NCBI GenBank assembly: GCA_040900375.1
Contig: JBBDZC010000021.1
Span: 5,258-69,257 of the forward strand
DNA length: 64,000 nt
Origin: Candidatus Anderseniibacteriota bacterium
GTDB taxonomy: Bacteria > Patescibacteriota > Andersenbacteria > UBA10190
Direction of reading: 5' to 3'
Numbering within the stretch: position 1 is the stretch's first letter; the number at the start of each line of letters is the position of its first letter. Made by a program: the position numbers and the translations under genes. Shown here piece after piece: positions 28,055 to 36,620 of the stretch. The notes under the pieces are model-generated. The model saw nothing but the letters and a program-made list of their open reading frames with translations, had not been told where the DNA came from and ran no database searches.

Positions 28055-28981
28055 TTAGAGTTGGGTGAAGTAAGCGATCGTTTTGGTTAACCCGTCAGAG
28101 AGGGTAGTAGTAGGTTGCCACTTTAAGATTTCTTGAGCGAGGCTGATGTCGGGCTGGCGTTGTTTAGGGTCATCAGCGGGCAGATCATGGTGCTCAAGCG
28201 AGGATGAGGAATGAGCAAGCGCAATAATCTGCTCCGCCAGGGCTTTAACGGAAATCTCTTCGGGGTTGCCGAGGTTAATCGGGCCGGTCGTTTGCTCTTG
28301 CTCCATCATCGCGATGAGGCCCTCGATTAAGTCATCAACATAGCAAAAGGAACGAGTTTGGTTACCTTCACCGTAGAGCGAGAGTGGTTTATGATGAAGG
28401 GCTTGGACAATAAAGTTGCTGACTACGCGACCGTCTTGAGGGTGCATGCGCGGGCCGTAGGTATTAAAGATCCGAGCAATGCGTACGTCTACCTTATTCT
28501 GGCGGTGGTAATCCATGCAGAGCGTTTCCGCCACGCGTTTGCCCTCGTCGTAGCAGCTCCGGATACCGACAGGATTAACATTACCCCAGTAAGATTCTGG
28601 TTGTGGATGCACTTCTGGATCGCCGTAGACCTCCGAGGTGGAAGCTTGCAGCAGACGAGCTTTATTTTTCTTGGCGAGGCCGAGCATATTGACCATGCCG
28701 ACAGTGGAAGTTTTGATGGTGCGGATAGGGTTGAACTGGTAGTGAACGGGCGACGCGGGACAGGCGAGGTTGTAAATCTGTTCCGCCTCGAGGTTTAACG
28801 GTTCAATAATGTCGTGGCGGTGTAACTCAAACTGCGAGTGCTTCAGTAAATGAGCAATGTTGCGTTCCTGACCGGTGAAGAAATTGTCGACGCAGATAAC
28901 ATGGTGGCCTCGTTCAATGAGACGGTCACAAAGGTGGCTGCCGAGAAAGCCGGCGCCCCCCGTGACGATAATTTTTTTCAT
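28055..28981 (-). CDS. UDP-glucuronate decarboxylase (UDP-xylose synthase), SDR family
   Basis: [21 protein letters not shown]...DNFFTG, YxxxK catalytic region; UXS-like throughout. Confidence 0.85.
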   Translation of the reverse strand: MKKIIVTGGAGFLGSHLCDRLIERGHHVICVDNFFTGQERNIAHLLKHSQFELHRHDIIEPLNLEAEQIYNLACPASPVHYQFNPIRTIKTSTVGMVNMLGLAKKNKARLLQASTSEVYGDPEVHPQPESYWGNVNPVGIRSCYDEGKRVAETLCMDYHRQNKVDVRIARIFNTYGPRMHPQDGRVVSNFIVQALHHKPLSLYGEGNQTRSFCYVDDLIEGLIAMMEQEQTTGPINLGNPEEISVKALAEQIIALAHSSSSLEHHDLPADDPKQRQPDISLAQEILKWQPTTTLSDGLTKTIAYFTQL

Positions 28982-29073
28982 ACGAATAGCAATTTACAAG
29001 CGGTGATTAGTAACTAGGGATATGTCCATAATACTCCCGAGATTGCTATACTTCCTACTATGGATTACCCCTT

Positions 29074-29487
29074 ATGGCAATACCGATGGCGGAACTGACT
29101 GATGCAAACCAGGCCCGCGTGCTTGGGCTGCGCTGGTTTCTGGTGGCGGTATGGATGGCGCTCATCTGGTATGCTTCGGCGCAGCCGGATTTACACTCGG
29201 GTCTCGCGCAAGATTTTCTGCTGCGCAAAATCGCTCACCTACTGGAATTTGCTGTCTTAACCGGACTCGTGCAGCGAGCGATTTTCCCTGTATATCCGCG
29301 GCACTTCTTAGTCGGCGCTTTGCTATGGGCACTGACCTATAGTGTCATTGACGAGTGGCACCAAACAAGCGTGCCGGGGCGTATGGGCACGCTGCAGGAT
29401 GTCGGTGTTGATTTTATAGGGATTGGGGCGGCCACTCTCGGGCGCCTAGGGTATACCCGCTTCCTTAAGCGGCGGGAGTTTTCTTAA
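29074..29487 (+). CDS. VanZ-like family membrane protein
   Basis: Size, TM pattern and conserved RKIAHLLEF/ DEWHQ region. Confidence 0.55.
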   Translation: MAIPMAELTDANQARVLGLRWFLVAVWMALIWYASAQPDLHSGLAQDFLLRKIAHLLEFAVLTGLVQRAIFPVYPRHFLVGALLWALTYSVIDEWHQTSVPGRMGTLQDVGVDFIGIGAATLGRLGYTRFLKRREFS

Positions 29488-29842
29488 TCGGAAGCTTAGC
29501 GGTAGCAATCATCACAATTTCTTTGAAAATTTCGGGGTGCTCCGCGGCAATTTGCGCGAGTACCTTGCGGTCGAGCTCACTGTGGTAGAGCTTTAAGCCG
29601 TGGAGCAACTGGGAGTACGTCACGCCGTGAGCGCGGGCGGCCGCGTTAATGCGGACGTGCCAGAGTTGGCGAAAGGCACTCTTTTTCTTCCGGCGGTCGT
29701 AGTAGGCGTGCTGGCCAGCTTTAAGGACGGCCTCTTTTGCCAGCTTGAAGACACTCTTGCGGCGGCCCCGAAAACCTTTGGCCCGCTTGAGCCACTTCTT
29801 GTGGCGGCGGTGTTTAGCAATACTGCGAACAGCTCGTGGCAT
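29465..29842 (-). CDS. rplT: 50S ribosomal protein L20
   Basis: MPRAVRSIAKHRRHKKWLKRAKGFRG... Confidence 0.9.
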   Translation of the reverse strand: MPRAVRSIAKHRRHKKWLKRAKGFRGRRKSVFKLAKEAVLKAGQHAYYDRRKKKSAFRQLWHVRINAAARAHGVTYSQLLHGLKLYHSELDRKVLAQIAAEHPEIFKEIVMIATAKLPIKKTPAA

Positions 29843-29846
29843 GGGG

Positions 29847-30041
29847 TTAGTTATACGGCAGTAAGCGGGTGATGCGGCCAAGGTCAGTCCTGTCCACGCT
29901 CTGACCCCCGTGTTTGTCCCGGGTATCTTTGCCAGTGTCACGGGCGTTAAAGTGCGCTTGACCCACGTGACGGTGTTGCACTTTGCCTTTTCCGGAAAAG
30001 TAAAAACGCTTCTTGGCAGCTTTTTTAGTCTTTTGCTTCAT
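29847..30041 (-). CDS. rpmI: 50S ribosomal protein L35
   Basis: MKQKTKKAAKKRF...HRH...LLPYN; between infC and rplT. Confidence 0.85.
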   Translation of the reverse strand: MKQKTKKAAKKRFYFSGKGKVQHRHVGQAHFNARDTGKDTRDKHGGQSVDRTDLGRITRLLPYN

Positions 30042-30084
30042 AGTGACCATTAGACGTCCACGATAGATTATGTGTGCCGCTCTG

Positions 30085-30657
30085 TCAAATACTCTCGGCT
30101 TTGTCAGCCCGGGTACGGGCCAGGACAACCGAGAGACTATTAGGTGATTTACTGATACCGCCTTCTTGGGTAGCACCGCCGGGCACCATGGTGATAAATT
30201 CCCGCATTTTTTGCTCGGCCATATTGACGCGACCTTTTTCCCGGCCGCGCAGGCGCATCTCTAGTTTCACTTTATTGCCGTCGTGCAGGAACTGCTCGGT
30301 TTGGCGCAGACGAATTTCCCAATCATGCTCGCCAGTTTTAAAACCAATGCGAATCCCTTTAATTTCCCCGCCTTTGCTCTTCACTTTTTGCTTGGCATCT
30401 TTCTTGCGCTTTTCGTACATGTGCTTGCCTAAGTCCATGATGCGCGCGACCGGGGGGGAGGCCTTCTCGGCCACCATCACCAAATCAGTCGCCGCGTCAT
30501 TGGCGCGCTGCTTGGCTTCGGCGGTACTCACCACGCCGAGTTGTTCGCCGGCCACGCCAATCAAGCGTACCTCGGGTACTCTAATTTCATCATTGGCGGG
30601 CGGCCGCTTGATTTGTGGTTTGGGACGGCTGCGAAAGCGCCGTCGGCGACTGGGCAT
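30085..30657 (-). CDS. infC: Translation initiation factor IF-3
   Basis: NDEIRVPEVRLIGVAGEQLGVVS...PPVARIMDLGKHMYE; conserved infC-rpmI-rplT order. Confidence 0.9.
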   Translation of the reverse strand: MPSRRRRFRSRPKPQIKRPPANDEIRVPEVRLIGVAGEQLGVVSTAEAKQRANDAATDLVMVAEKASPPVARIMDLGKHMYEKRKKDAKQKVKSKGGEIKGIRIGFKTGEHDWEIRLRQTEQFLHDGNKVKLEMRLRGREKGRVNMAEQKMREFITMVPGGATQEGGISKSPNSLSVVLARTRADKAESI

Positions 30658-30789
30658 AGTAAGTTATCAGAATTTATTTAAAAGATGCGCGGGGACTTTA
30701 GCGCAAGAATACAGTAGATTGTTTTGCCATTATAAGCAACTATAAAGGAGGCCTGGCTGGTACTGTCATGCTGGTCAGCGCCAGCGACT

Positions 30790-31239
30790 ATGAAGTCACT
30801 TGCCTACAACAAACGCGCGGTCTTCGACTACAAAATCCTTGAAAAATTCGAGGCGGGCTTGGTGTTGCTCGGCACCGAAGTAAAATCTGTCCGCGCCGGT
30901 AACATGAAACTGCGCGGGGCGTTCGTAACGATGCACGGCGACGAGGCGTTTTTAACTAATGCCACCATTCCGCCCTGGCAACCAGCCAACACTCCCGAAT
31001 CATACGACCCCGAGCGGCCCCGCCGCCTGTTGCTTAAGAAAGAAGAGCTCAAGCAGCTTCTCGGCACGCGCCGCGCCGGTGGATTGACAATAATACCAAT
31101 TCGTGTTTATAATAAAGGTCCCCATTTGAAGCTAGAAATTGCGCTCGCCCGGGGCAAAAAACAGCACGATAAAAAGCAGCAGAAAAAAGAACGTGACATT
31201 CAGCGGGATGTTGATAGAGTGTTACGAGGAAAGGAGTAG
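30790..31239 (+). CDS. smpB: SsrA-binding protein SmpB
   Basis: NKRAVFDYKILEKFEAGLVLLGTEVKSVR...ARGKKQHDKKQQ. Confidence 0.9.
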   Translation: MKSLAYNKRAVFDYKILEKFEAGLVLLGTEVKSVRAGNMKLRGAFVTMHGDEAFLTNATIPPWQPANTPESYDPERPRRLLLKKEELKQLLGTRRAGGLTIIPIRVYNKGPHLKLEIALARGKKQHDKKQQKKERDIQRDVDRVLRGKE

Positions 31240-31430
31240 GTTCTTTTCAACTTTCTTTTCTTCTGGTAGATATCACAGATTGTTTAAAGAAAAATATCAC
31301 GCAGGCCACGCGGGCATGGTGCTCTGCTAAAAGCAGAGCGAGCGTGGCCGAGTGTTAAGCGGCACTTTTCTCGCCGGGAAACGTGACCGCGTCTTTTCGT
31401 AAATAATCTGGGGTATCTAACCCTCTTACC

Positions 31431-31834
31431 GGGCATGCTAGGCCTCGATAGGGTGTTGTTTCAACAATCAGCGTGTCGTGAGTAGTGAATTGGCTCACGC
31501 AAATCTCTTAATTCACAATTGGTACGTGCAAACCTTACCCAGCGCGTGAAGACCGCTTTTGCTAACGCATTTGCGTTCCCTTCATTTGCGCCTGTTGTGG
31601 CCTAATCGCCACAACCATCGCTACCCAAAAGCCTCGGTTGGCGTAGCGGTGATATATTAGAGGCTTGAGAAAGTAACGCCGAGTGTCGTTACTACCTGAC
31701 CTGCACACCACTCTCGCGATGACAAAATATTTGCTTATTTTTTCTTGTCATAGCGATTCTCACCCAAATAAGCTACGCACGTAGAAACTTGTTGTGGCGC
31801 ATTCTACACGGCGGTTCAATTCCGCCCATGTCCA
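31431..31834 (+). ncRNA. ssrA: tmRNA (ssrA), about 404 nt; CCA not encoded
   Basis: 5' GGGCATG pairs with 3' CATGTCC (G-U at position 3); 5' region CUAGGCCUCGAUAGGG resembles the E. coli AUUCUGGAUUCGACGGG; T-arm GGCGG-TTCAATT-CCGCC before the acceptor 3' strand; adjacent to smpB; candidate tag frame GCT AAC GCA ... GTG GCC TAA (ANAFAFPSFAPVVA). Confidence 0.6.
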
Positions 31835-31836
31835 CT

Positions 31837-31980
31837 CTTCGACTCGGCGCTAAGGCGCCTCGCTCAGAGTAAACCCTTCGCTCTTAGAAAGCTTTCTCGT
31901 ATTAAGAAAGCTTTTTTGGTATGCGCCGAGACGAAGAACCCTGAGCGAAGTGCTGAGGCACGAAGTCGAAGGGCCTCGCT
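31837..31980. repeat. Imperfect long inverted repeat flanking the tmRNA terminator
   Basis: CTTCGACTCGGCGC (31837-50) vs GCGCCGAGACGAAG (about 31923-36); GGCGCCTCGCT / GGGCCTCGCT direct copies. Confidence 0.4.
31868..31918 (+). terminator. Candidate rho-independent terminator after tmRNA
   Basis: AGAAAGCTTTCT palindrome then AAGAAAGCTTTTTTGG. Confidence 0.4.
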
Positions 31981-32065
31981 AAACTTCTTACAAAACAATA
32001 CTGGGTTCAGAAAGATTTTTCGATGTGTCCTGAATCATTAAATAAATTCTTGCTATAGTAGAATA

Positions 32066-32320
32066 ATGTCCTGGTATATCTATATTGCCCAAGCTCGCAC
32101 CGGCAGATACTACGTCGGCATAACCACTGAACCTGAGCGACGGATTCAAGACCATAACCAAGGCAAGGGCGCTCGCATGGCAGTTAATCAAGGACCATTT
32201 AGATTAGTGTACACATCACCCGCTCTCCTAAATCAATCCGTTGCCCGAAAACGAGAGATTCAGATTAAAGGTTGGAGTCGATCAAAGAAGATAAAGTTAA
32301 TTAACGGTGAGTTGGTGTAA
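32066..32320 (+). CDS. GIY-YIG nuclease-family protein (YhbQ/UPF0213-like)
   Basis: WYIYIAQARTGRYYVGITTEPERRIQDHN. Confidence 0.75.
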   Translation: MSWYIYIAQARTGRYYVGITTEPERRIQDHNQGKGARMAVNQGPFRLVYTSPALLNQSVARKREIQIKGWSRSKKIKLINGELV

Positions 32321-32374
32321 CTCCTGGCAAAGCCTTCCGCAACAAGCGGTTCATCTAATAAAAGTACCTGACCC

Positions 32375-32400
32375 CTTTATTCTCTTTATTCTCTTTATTC
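32375..32400. repeat. Tandem 9-nt repeat CTTTATTCT x3
   Basis: Directly read at 32375-32400. Confidence 0.6.
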
Positions 32401-32630
32401 GACCCGCAAAGTTGATGTCGTGACCGTCTCCCTTGAAGAGGCCAATCTGCTTCACAATGCCCTTTTCATCGCTAAGGGCATATTTTTCTATCAGAGGGAA
32501 GGTAAACATAAAATATACTGGTATGTAAGGTTTACAGTACACTCTTTGCTGGTAGCGGATCAACTATACCAGTAAAAAGGTGTAAATATGGCTCTAAAAA
32601 GCCGTAAAATAGCACTATCAACCACTGGCT

Positions 32631-32659
32631 ATTGACAAAATGACCATTTGGGAGTATCA
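32631..32659 (+). promoter_or_regulatory. Sigma-70-type promoter TTGACA-N17-TATCAT
   Basis: Consensus -35 and near-consensus -10 with 17-nt spacer, about 90 nt upstream of the 32751 ORF. Confidence 0.5.
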
Positions 32660-32750
32660 TTTAGCGTTCTGGATAGTTCCTTCCACTGGCAGGCCGTAGG
32701 TTTAGCACGTTGCTAGACAGGCGGTAGGCCACATACCCCACAGGTGTCAC
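32660..32750 (+). promoter_or_regulatory. Structured leader element, copy 1
   Basis: CACTGGCAGGCCGTAGG - hairpin GTTTAGCA/TGCTAGAC - AGGCGGTAGGCCAC, then ATG. Confidence 0.5.
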
Positions 32751-33074
32751 ATGTTTAGCAAGGACGATCTAACGAATGCGCCCGAGGACGAGTTGTGCGG
32801 CGCGATCACTATTGTTCTCGAGGACTTCAAGAAAAGCTCTCAATATCATCTGATGATCAATCAGTCGCATGAGAGTGACTGGACCTTGGGTGCCCGCTTT
32901 GAGGAACACCTTGCGGCGCTGCATATCAAGGAAGCTTATCGGGTGCTGTGCGTGCTCGTGGCTGAGTATCGACGGCGCGGCCTGTCCCTACCGGACAACG
33001 TGAATGCCGACTTGAAGCGCAACGTCGCGCTCAAGGAGACCGACATCGATGTCGCCTATCGCTGCCTTGTGTAG
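32751..33074 (+). CDS. Hypothetical protein (107 aa)
   Basis: ORF following leader copy 1; no recognisable domain. Confidence 0.5.
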   Translation: MFSKDDLTNAPEDELCGAITIVLEDFKKSSQYHLMINQSHESDWTLGARFEEHLAALHIKEAYRVLCVLVAEYRRRGLSLPDNVNADLKRNVALKETDIDVAYRCLV

Positions 33075-33100
33075 ATTGCTGCTGGTGTGCTGTATGCACA

Positions 33101-33239
33101 GGGTGAGTACCATGAAATCTCACCACTTTCTTTTCTCTGATCTCGGAAGAGGTCGTAGGTGAGAAGGTTCTTTTCACCGGCAGGCCGTAGACTGCGTGCG
33201 TTACGCAGTAAGCGGTAAGCCAACACGGGAGGTACTGCA
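33101..33239 (+). promoter_or_regulatory. Structured leader element, copy 2
   Basis: GTGAG-TACCATGAAAT-CTCAC hairpin, then GGTTCTTTTCACCGGCAGGCCGTAG - hairpin ACTGCGT/ACGCAGT - AAGCGGTAAGCCAAC, GGGAGG, ATG. Confidence 0.5.
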
Positions 33240-33509
33240 ATGTACATTCACTACATCCAGTTCAATGGCAGCTCCACCTATCGCCTCTATATCGGCCCGT
33301 TCGATACCGAGGTGCAGGCCGAGGTCTTCAAGCAGCGCATGGTGCGTACCCGCGAGAGCTCACCGCATCTCACGATGCAAGGGGTCGCTCTTGAGATCGC
33401 GCCGGGCATTGACGGTCGTTGGGGTGTCGTTACTCCCGATCAGTTCAAGGGCTTCTGCGTGTTCGATATGAACACCGAGCGGGAGGTCAATGTCCCGCTG
33501 GCCGACTAA
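33240..33509 (+). CDS. Hypothetical protein (89 aa; weak SPOR-like pattern YRLYIGPFDTEVQAEVF)
   Basis: ORF following leader copy 2. Confidence 0.5.
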   Translation: MYIHYIQFNGSSTYRLYIGPFDTEVQAEVFKQRMVRTRESSPHLTMQGVALEIAPGIDGRWGVVTPDQFKGFCVFDMNTEREVNVPLAD

Positions 33510-33533
33510 CTGATCAAACGGTGTGCATAGCAC

Positions 33534-33677
33534 GAGGCGAGTACCGTAAAATCTCGCCACCTTTCCTAATGCAAGCTCACAAGAGATTGTATCAGGAAAG
33601 GTTCTTTTCACTGGCAAGCCGTAAGTCCGACGCGGTGTCGGATAGGCGGTAGGTCACTACTCGAAAGAGGTGCTGCA
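33534..33677 (+). promoter_or_regulatory. Structured leader element, copy 3
   Basis: GCGAG-TACCGTAAAAT-CTCGC hairpin, CCTTTCCT...AGGAAAGG hairpin, GGTTCTTTTCACTGGCAAGCCGTAAG - hairpin TCCGAC/GTCGGA - TAGGCGGTAGGTCAC, AGAGGTG, ATG. Confidence 0.5.
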
Positions 33678-34127
33678 ATGGCACGTCCACGCAGTGAGTT
33701 TCTAGGTTCGCTCGGCAAGCTGTTCTCCATCTTCAAGAAGGTGGCGGACGCGGTGCTGGAACTGGGTGGTAGTGATGACGACATTATCCGTATCAACACG
33801 GATGAAGTTCTCGCTACCAACATCGCCTATCTACTTCTCGCATCGAGAACGCGAGGTGACCTCCGCGGTGGTTTCGGCGGCACGCTAGTTGCCGTACGCA
33901 ATCCACTCACAGGTGACCTCATCCGTGTCGGCGAGCCCTTCTATGTGAAGCCGGTGGGGTCTCCTCTCGGCAAACGCGCGTGGGGCGTGGTGACCAAGAT
34001 ACGTCCACCGTCATCAGACCCTCTCGATAGATCTCTAAGCATCAGCTACCCCTTCATCGGTCACGGAGGAGAAGCTGAGCTCTCTGACCTCGGCACGTTC
34101 GGCTTCAACGAGATTGAGAAGCAATAA
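33678..34127 (+). CDS. Hypothetical protein (149 aa)
   Basis: ORF following leader copy 3. Confidence 0.5.
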   Translation: MARPRSEFLGSLGKLFSIFKKVADAVLELGGSDDDIIRINTDEVLATNIAYLLLASRTRGDLRGGFGGTLVAVRNPLTGDLIRVGEPFYVKPVGSPLGKRAWGVVTKIRPPSSDPLDRSLSISYPFIGHGGEAELSDLGTFGFNEIEKQ

Positions 34128-34136
34128 CAGACACTC

Positions 34137-34172
34137 ACCGGCGATCTGGCAACAGGTCGCCGTTTTCTTTCG
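34137..34172 (+). terminator. Rho-independent terminator
   Basis: CGGCGATC-tggcaaca-GGTCGCCG stem (one G-U) followed by TTTTCTTTC. Confidence 0.5.
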
Positions 34173-34402
34173 CGCGGCCGCCCCGTTACTACTTACTAAC
34201 TATTACTATCTTATTCTCTGTATGTGTTCTTACTGGCTGAGAGAACCCACCTTTTCGCCGACCCCTATTTTACCCCTTCCTAACCCCGCCGCAGCGTATT
34301 CCTGCATATTTTGGCTCTCTGACGCGTGATATTCGAGTTGCGGCGCCCAGTCCAATACGGTATCAAGAAAGCGGTTCCAGTTTTCTGACAAGATGTCCAC
34401 TA

Positions 34403-34423
34403 TTTGTGATAAGTTATCACAAA
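34403..34423. promoter_or_regulatory. Perfect 21-bp palindrome TTTGTGATAA-G-TTATCACAAA (candidate operator)
   Basis: Read directly; 34 nt upstream of the 34457 ATG. Confidence 0.5.
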
Positions 34424-34456
34424 TCAAAAACTGTTCACCAGTTTGGAGAACAAGCA

Positions 34457-34657
34457 ATGGCTATTTCAACAGAAAGACGCAACGAGATTGCATGGCAGTA
34501 CTTGGTCTTCCAGATTCGAGAAGCTGGGCTACATCACACGAACTTCGACTCTCCCGACACAAGACAAAAAATCCGTGTGACCGCAGGGAAAATTGGAGTT
34601 TCTTTTGAAGAAGCGATGGAGTTTGTCAAAGCAGTCCTTGCCGAAACCAAAGATTAG
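34457..34657 (+). CDS. Small hypothetical protein (66 aa)
   Basis: ATG with GGAGAA 6 nt upstream; ORF track's longer 34406 start would read through the palindrome. Confidence 0.45.
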   Translation: MAISTERRNEIAWQYLVFQIREAGLHHTNFDSPDTRQKIRVTAGKIGVSFEEAMEFVKAVLAETKD

Positions 34658-34671
34658 TTATCGCATGTGTC

Positions 34672-34720
34672 AGAACCCCTTCACCATAACTGGTGAGTGC
34701 ATTAAGGGTTCTTTTTCTTT
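34672..34720 (+). terminator. Rho-independent terminator
   Basis: AGAACCC ... GGGTTCT stem followed by TTTTTCTTT. Confidence 0.55.
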
Positions 34721-34847
34721 GGTCAGTATGGTATAGAAATCCTGGACTTCGGCATAGAGAGGTTCCAAGAATTTTCCTTCATGTCCACTATTATCTAAAA
34801 TACTTCTTCTCGTTGACCGGCTAGTGATCCCGGTATAGAAAGAAGGC

Positions 34848-35420
34848 ATGGCAAAGCGCGCGTTTATTGTGCATGGTTGGGACGGCTATCCAGAAGAAGG
34901 TTGGTTTCCCTGGATGAAGCGCGAGCTCGAACAAAGAGATTTTGTTGTCGCGGTGCTGAGTATGCCTGATCCAGCGGTGCCAACAATTGACGCCTGGGTT
35001 GGACACCTGGCACAGATTGTGGGAGAGCCAGATGAGCAAACATATTTTTTAGGTCACAGCATTGGGTGCCAGGCGATTCTGCGGTATGTAGCCTCGATAA
35101 GCGGCCGAAAAATTGGTGGCATTGTGTTAGTGGCTGGTTTTTTGGAGCTTAAGAAACTGGAGACGGACGAGGAGGAGACGATTGCCCGGCCGTGGCTGAC
35201 AACCCCTATTGATTTTAAACAGGTGCAGCAAGCGACACGTAATATTACCGTTATTCTCTCTGACAATGATGCTTGGGTGCCGCTTGCAAGAAACACAGCG
35301 CTTTTTAAACAGCACCTTAATCCTCGTATTATCGTTGAGCACGAGAAAGGGCACTATAGCGGGAGCGATGGTATTACCGAACTACCAGCAGCGCGCGACG
35401 CGGTGGTGCAGGATAACTAA
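34848..35420 (+). CDS. Alpha/beta hydrolase (YdeN/RBBP9-like serine hydrolase)
   Basis: IVHGWDG, nucleophile elbow GHSIG, size about 190 aa. Confidence 0.7.
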   Translation: MAKRAFIVHGWDGYPEEGWFPWMKRELEQRDFVVAVLSMPDPAVPTIDAWVGHLAQIVGEPDEQTYFLGHSIGCQAILRYVASISGRKIGGIVLVAGFLELKKLETDEEETIARPWLTTPIDFKQVQQATRNITVILSDNDAWVPLARNTALFKQHLNPRIIVEHEKGHYSGSDGITELPAARDAVVQDN

Positions 35421-35504
35421 ACTTTCTTGCACGACGATACGTTTATTGGGGGAGGAAATATTTTGTATGAACCCGGTGTATGGTATGGTTGAGGGAGCAC
35501 CTTA

Positions 35505-36530
35505 GTGATGAAGTACACCAAGTTACAAATTCGGTTCTTTTTAAGCTTGCTGTTTGGCATCAGCGTCTTAGCCTTCTTTGTTTTTCGGCCGTACCTGGGA
35601 GCCGTGGTTTTGGCGGCAACTTTTGCCGTTATTTTTTATCCTCTCTATCGCCGGATTTTAGGGTTAGTTGGCGGGCGTGAGAACGTGGCAGCGACTCTGA
35701 CGACGGTTTGTGTACTTCTCGTTGTCTTTGTGCCTTTTATACTGTTTGGCATACAGATTTTTCGGGAGGCGCAGTTACTCTATGGCCATGTGACTGGTGC
35801 GCCATTTGATTTTTCGATAGCGATTCCTTCCCAGATTGAAGATCAGGTGCAAGCACTTACCCCGCGCTTTTCTCTCGACGTGGATCAATATGTTCGGCAG
35901 GGGGTGGAGTGGCTCCTGCAGCACATTGGCTCTATCTTCTCCAGTGTAGCCAAACTAGTCTTAAACATCTTTTTAAGTTTGTTCACTCTCTACTATCTGC
36001 TGCGTGATGGACGCAAGCTCAAGCAGAAGATCATGAGCTTAAGTCCGCTGCAAGATCAGCATGACCAACAGATTTTTAGCCGGCTGGAAGTAGCAGTCAA
36101 TTCGGTTATCCGGGGATCGCTGATGATCGCTCTCCTGCAGGGAATTGTTACCGGGATTGGCTTGGCGCTGTTCGGCGTGCCGAATGCTGCCTTGTGGGGA
36201 AGCGTCACGGTTTTGGCAGCGTTAATCCCCACGGTGGGCACATCGGTTGTCCTCGCACCAGCCATTGCCTATCTCTTTTTTACCGGCCACGCGGTGGCAA
36301 GTGCGGGCCTATTGGGATGGGGCGTAGTGGCCGTGGGCCTGATTGATAATTTACTTGGTCCTCGTCTCATCAATCGTGGTATCAAATTGCACCCGCTGCT
36401 GATCTTACTGGCGGTTCTGGGGGGCTTAGGGTTTTTTGGTCCAATTGGCTATATCTTAGGGCCGCTCGTTATTAGTCTCTTGTTTGCCTTGCTGGATATC
36501 TATCCGCTCGTCATGCGTAAGAGCACGTAA
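35505..36530 (+). CDS. AI-2E family transporter (UPF0118 permease)
   Basis: 8-TM topology and conserved central region typical of AI-2E/PerM family. Confidence 0.75.
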   Translation: MMKYTKLQIRFFLSLLFGISVLAFFVFRPYLGAVVLAATFAVIFYPLYRRILGLVGGRENVAATLTTVCVLLVVFVPFILFGIQIFREAQLLYGHVTGAPFDFSIAIPSQIEDQVQALTPRFSLDVDQYVRQGVEWLLQHIGSIFSSVAKLVLNIFLSLFTLYYLLRDGRKLKQKIMSLSPLQDQHDQQIFSRLEVAVNSVIRGSLMIALLQGIVTGIGLALFGVPNAALWGSVTVLAALIPTVGTSVVLAPAIAYLFFTGHAVASAGLLGWGVVAVGLIDNLLGPRLINRGIKLHPLLILLAVLGGLGFFGPIGYILGPLVISLLFALLDIYPLVMRKST

Positions 36531-36541
36531 TTTGGTAATAG

Positions 36542-36569
36542 TTGAAAAAATATTTTTTTTGTTTATAGT
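36542..36569 (+). promoter_or_regulatory. Candidate promoter TTGAAA-N16-TATAGT
   Basis: Upstream of 36621 ORF which has GGAGGAG RBS. Confidence 0.45.
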
Positions 36570-36620
36570 AAAAGTCGGTGACGTTTGTTCCTTGTTATCA
36601 CACCTAGGCGGAGGAGTAGT

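Noticed and set aside
30074-30745. 223-aa plus-strand ORF
   Set aside because: It is entirely antisense to the well-supported infC/rpmI genes and has a low-complexity composition.
31312-31834. Alternative tmRNA 5' end at the first GGGCATG (31312)
   Set aside because: This would give a 523-nt tmRNA. The downstream copy at 31431 is followed by the conserved GGNNUCGANAGGG motif and gives a typical roughly 400-nt length.
32620-34175. Integron cassette array with attC sites
   Set aside because: The repeated elements lack the R''/R' core (RYYYAAC ... GTTRRRY). They sit as 5' leaders with SD sequences, and no intI or attI is nearby.
32620-34175. CRISPR array
   Set aside because: Repeats are not identical (variable central hairpin), are more than 50 nt, and the intervening segments are 270-450-nt ORFs with start codons and RBSs.
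34403-34423. Canonical CRP site
   Set aside because: TGTGA half-sites are separated by 7 nt rather than 6, so it is kept only as a generic palindrome or operator.
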